Source: Bdellovibrionales bacterium (GTDB lineage: Bacteria > Bdellovibrionota > Bdellovibrionia > Bdellovibrionales > CAYMLA01). From it: a DNA stretch of 64,000 nucleotides. The DNA is taken from NCBI GenBank assembly GCA_965217115.1, contig OZ244239.1:1696001-1760000 (forward strand), in the 5' to 3' direction. Made by a program: the position numbers and the translations under genes. Below, piece by piece: positions 61,078-64,000 of this stretch (position 1 is the first letter of the stretch; every line of letters starts with the position of its first letter). The notes beneath the pieces were generated by a model. The model did no database searches. It was not told the DNA's origin and worked only from the letters and a program-made list of their open reading frames with translations.

Positions 61078-61341
61078 ATGGAAAAAACAGTGAAAAGAAC
61101 AGTGATGATGTTGGTGTTGGGTTTGAGCTTAAACGCAAATGCGGAGTATGCTATGATGTGCTCTGGATCAGATTGCAATCTGACTCCTACAGAGTCAGCG
61201 GTGATCATAGGTGATGCCCAGAATTTTTTAAATGGCGGTGATGCTTCAGAAGTATTTGCCCTTAGTTTTGCTGGCGCTTTGCTGGAAGACACTGCTCTAA
61301 CTGCTGAAGAGTATGCCCAACAAATTCTTGAAGGTGAATAG
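61078..61341 (+). CDS. Small secreted DUF2388-like protein, copy 3
   Basis: As copy 1 but mature N-terminus is EYAMM. Confidence 0.8.
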   Translation: MEKTVKRTVMMLVLGLSLNANAEYAMMCSGSDCNLTPTESAVIIGDAQNFLNGGDASEVFALSFAGALLEDTALTAEEYAQQILEGE

Positions 61342-61442
61342 TAAGTAGATTTTTTTTGTGACAGACCTGCTCCAGAAGATTTTTTTGGAGTGGGTTCTGG
61401 TTACTTAATTAAGGTGAATAAATTTAACTTTATGAGGGAAGA

Positions 61443-63392
61443 ATGTTTTGTTTTCTGTGTGTTTTTTTATTCTCTTTTGTCTTTGGCGTTGAATTATATG
61501 GGGCTCCCCATATTGCTCCCAAGAGTATTTTGATAGAGAATAGTTCTCTTAATCAAATGGAAAAATCGAAATTGATTGAATCGATCGTCAAGAAACTTCC
61601 AGGAAATATAAAGTTAAAGGAAAACACAGAAATAAAGATAAGTTTTAAAAATCTTTCTCAGCAAGAAATACAGAAGAACTATTGCCAGCAGGAGAAGGGA
61701 GTTAAACTGGCTAGATTGGCTCTTTATGATGACAGTCATATAGTGGTGGATGAGCAGTTTATTCAAGTTATTCAAGATAAGGTGAGAGGAAATAACTTAG
61801 AGAGGAAAGGTGAATGTTTTTATAAAACAAAGTATGAGCTTTTAGTTGGAACATTATTGCATGAGATTGGACATGTTTTCGACTATAATAGTGAGTTGCC
61901 CTATTATTACGGCAGAGAAAGAGAGGATATATATCGAGAGGACATCTATGGAGATGATGATACAGGTGTGGATGATATGGAAGAGAGGGGATTCAAGCGG
62001 CATTCTGAAATCGATGAATTTAAAACGTGGGCTATTTATGGTCCCAGAAGTCTTTTCTTTGGCACCCAAAACTTAACTTTTATGAACAGCCCTAATCGTC
62101 ATGAGTTTAGTAATTCTAAGGAGCGATTTGCGATTCAATTTGAGTTTTTTTCTATAGATAAAAGCTATGCTTGTCGCAGACCTAATATGTATCGCTATTT
62201 CACTGAGGTATTAAAGTTATCCCCTCGATATCAGGTTAAGTGCCAAATAAATACAAAAATTAAGTCAACGTCATTTAGAAAAAAAATAAATTTGAGCAAT
62301 GTCTTTGATGTTCAGCTCTTTGTAAGTGTGCCCCATGAAGAGAGCACGCCTTGGGGACACTCGTCTATTAAGATTTTAAGATGTAAGAGAATCATTGAAG
62401 AAGACGAAGCCTGTCCAGAGAAGTTCGTTGAAGAGCTTTTTCTGGATTACAGTATGGATGGTGTTCAAGATATAGGTGAAGGCAATGTTATTAATGCTCT
62501 ATTAGGAAGATTCAATTTGAGTTCTAAAATAAGGGAGAAGAATGAATATATGCAGCAGTTCTTAAGTCAGGAGGGACGAGAGTTCTTTTTGTTGCCTCTA
62601 AAGCTAAACAAAGATCAGAGAGATGTGCTTGTTGATCAAATCCTAGAGAATCACTGGGGTTTGTGGTCGGCCTATGTCTTGCATGGTAACAATTGCACCC
62701 ATGTTATAGCGAATATGATTAAAATGGCTAAGCGTGATTACAATTGGGAAGTTGAAAAAGTATTAACTCCAATAAAATTGGTGACAGAAATAATTGCGAG
62801 AGGTTATGTCAACCGAGAGATTAAAGAATTTGATCTACAGCGAATAAAAGATCTGGGTCTTTACTTAAAGAGTGATGATGGGTATGTAGCTAAAGGGTGG
62901 AGGGTTTTAAAGAATTTTCTCAAGCTTCATAGTGAGATAACCTTGGAAGAATTTAAAGCAGAAAATTCATCTGCGGAAAGAATGGAAGCCTATAGTGAGG
63001 TCGCCCTTTTGAATGAGAACAAGAGAAAGTTGATATATGCATCAGCAATGGTGTTAGAGAAATATTTTCTAACATCTGCCAAAAAGAATTTTACAGGAGT
63101 CGTTGATTTAAAAATTGAGGGTTGGCAAGAGTTACTTGCAGAATATCAGAAAGCCCATATAAATCTTTTGCCTTGGAATATTGTGCGAAGAAAATCCTAT
63201 GGAATCCCTTTGATAGAAGATGTTTATCCTGAGGAGATCTTGCTTAAAAGAGTTGAACGGCTCTTAGAGTCATCTCAAAGTTTGTGGGGAGCCGTTGATG
63301 AAAAAAACAAACGTCCAGAGTTTGATGAAATTAGAGAAAACATTGAGAATCTTTCAATGAAGCTTCTTTATCAAAGAAAATTAATTAATTAG
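61443..63392 (+). CDS. Secreted protein with HExxH zincin-like domain + DUF4105/Lnb-like His-Cys domain
   Basis: Signal peptide; LLHEIGHVFD; SPNRHEF..ERFA..CRRP; PWGHS; GNNCT. Confidence 0.75.
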   Translation: MFCFLCVFLFSFVFGVELYGAPHIAPKSILIENSSLNQMEKSKLIESIVKKLPGNIKLKENTEIKISFKNLSQQEIQKNYCQQEKGVKLARLALYDDSHIVVDEQFIQVIQDKVRGNNLERKGECFYKTKYELLVGTLLHEIGHVFDYNSELPYYYGREREDIYREDIYGDDDTGVDDMEERGFKRHSEIDEFKTWAIYGPRSLFFGTQNLTFMNSPNRHEFSNSKERFAIQFEFFSIDKSYACRRPNMYRYFTEVLKLSPRYQVKCQINTKIKSTSFRKKINLSNVFDVQLFVSVPHEESTPWGHSSIKILRCKRIIEEDEACPEKFVEELFLDYSMDGVQDIGEGNVINALLGRFNLSSKIREKNEYMQQFLSQEGREFFLLPLKLNKDQRDVLVDQILENHWGLWSAYVLHGNNCTHVIANMIKMAKRDYNWEVEKVLTPIKLVTEIIARGYVNREIKEFDLQRIKDLGLYLKSDDGYVAKGWRVLKNFLKLHSEITLEEFKAENSSAERMEAYSEVALLNENKRKLIYASAMVLEKYFLTSAKKNFTGVVDLKIEGWQELLAEYQKAHINLLPWNIVRRKSYGIPLIEDVYPEEILLKRVERLLESSQSLWGAVDEKNKRPEFDEIRENIENLSMKLLYQRKLIN

Positions 63393-63455
63393 AAAGAACA
63401 CATTAAAAAATTAACTTTAATCCTATTTACTCTATTTGGAAGTGCTGCTTTTGCT

Positions 63456-64000
63456 TCAGAAAGTCAACTTGTAGTCAGTCGTAGTATTCATAATTTGCAC
63501 AGGAATGTGGAGATGACCCCAGTCTTGTGTTTTTAAGAGATTAATCGATCGGTTTTTTAAAAGTTTCGTTACTTTTTTGTGTGGATGCCTGTACTTTCGA
63601 TATCTCGAACTGGCAATGGATGTTTGCAATCGATTTAATTTTTTTAGTAGCTCAGATGAAGTGCTTGTATAGCTGCCGTGATGGCCAAGAAGCAGAAATT
63701 TTATGGATGAAGGGGATGGGATTTGATAGAGCCAGCGTCGTTCTTGCTCTTTTGGTGAATCGCCCGAAACCAGTATTTGATTTGCTATAATGAAGACATG
63801 ACTGAAAGTGTTTTGAGAAGGATCTTTTTTGTTAGTTTTAATTGAGAAATGGACTTTTTTTACGGGATGACTCTTTAATACCGAATGACATGAAGGGATT
63901 TTTTTTAGCCAGGCCTTCTTTTTGTAGGAAGCAAAACCTCTTGGTTGAGTGACAATACAGAGATGGTTGAAATTTTTCAAAGCTGTTCTTGTAAAATTAA
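63456..64000 (-). CDS. ComEC/Rec2-like metallo-beta-lactamase domain protein (partial)
   Basis: ILVSGD, LGHHGSYTSTS, YRHPH; frame open to the window edge. Confidence 0.8.
   Translation of the reverse strand, partial: NFTRTALKNFNHLCIVTQPRGFASYKKKAWLKKIPSCHSVLKSHPVKKVHFSIKTNKKDPSQNTFSHVFIIANQILVSGDSPKEQERRWLYQIPSPSSIKFLLLGHHGSYTSTSSELLKKLNRLQTSIASSRYRKYRHPHKKVTKLLKNRSINLLKTQDWGHLHIPVQIMNTTTDYKLTF

Larger units (their letters stand above)
59651..61396 (+). repeat. Three tandem ~586-591-bp units (upstream region + small gene + hairpin)
   Basis: Units start at ~59651, 60237 and 60827; genes nearly identical. Confidence 0.95.

Noticed and set aside
59855..61292. Three antisense ORFs starting MSSSKAPAK
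   Set aside because: Shadows of the plus-strand genes, which have an RBS and signal peptide

Overview
AT-rich bacterial chromosome segment. The gene content (TIGR02147/DUF4423-type regulator, spoVG, lpxC, Bat operon, many secreted hypotheticals) is most consistent with a Bdellovibrionota bacterium; this is an inference. Core genes: slt-like transglycosylase, ychF-pth-rplY-prs, rdgB-rph-amidase, spoVG-tRNA-Gln, ggt, mltD-like, degP-like, moxR/bat operon, mrp, TolC+RND, efp, ruvCAB, lpxC, ald, and a partial ComEC-like gene. An accessory region of about 15 kb follows tRNA-Gln (toxin-antitoxin pair, M64 peptidase, repeated intergenic modules, FGE-domain lipoprotein). Most interesting: (1) a triplicated ~590-bp cassette of small secreted DUF2388-like proteins that vary mainly at the mature N-terminus, next to a secreted HExxH + His/Cys (DUF4105-like) enzyme; (2) a stand-alone c-di-GMP-I riboswitch RNA (merRNA-like); (3) two 33-bp-stem palindromes with different stems but a shared internal scaffold, one nested in an IS1595-like MITE; (4) a sigma54-driven C-rich small RNA; (5) a possible orphan DGR target. 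All family assignments come from motif recognition by eye; no searches were run.
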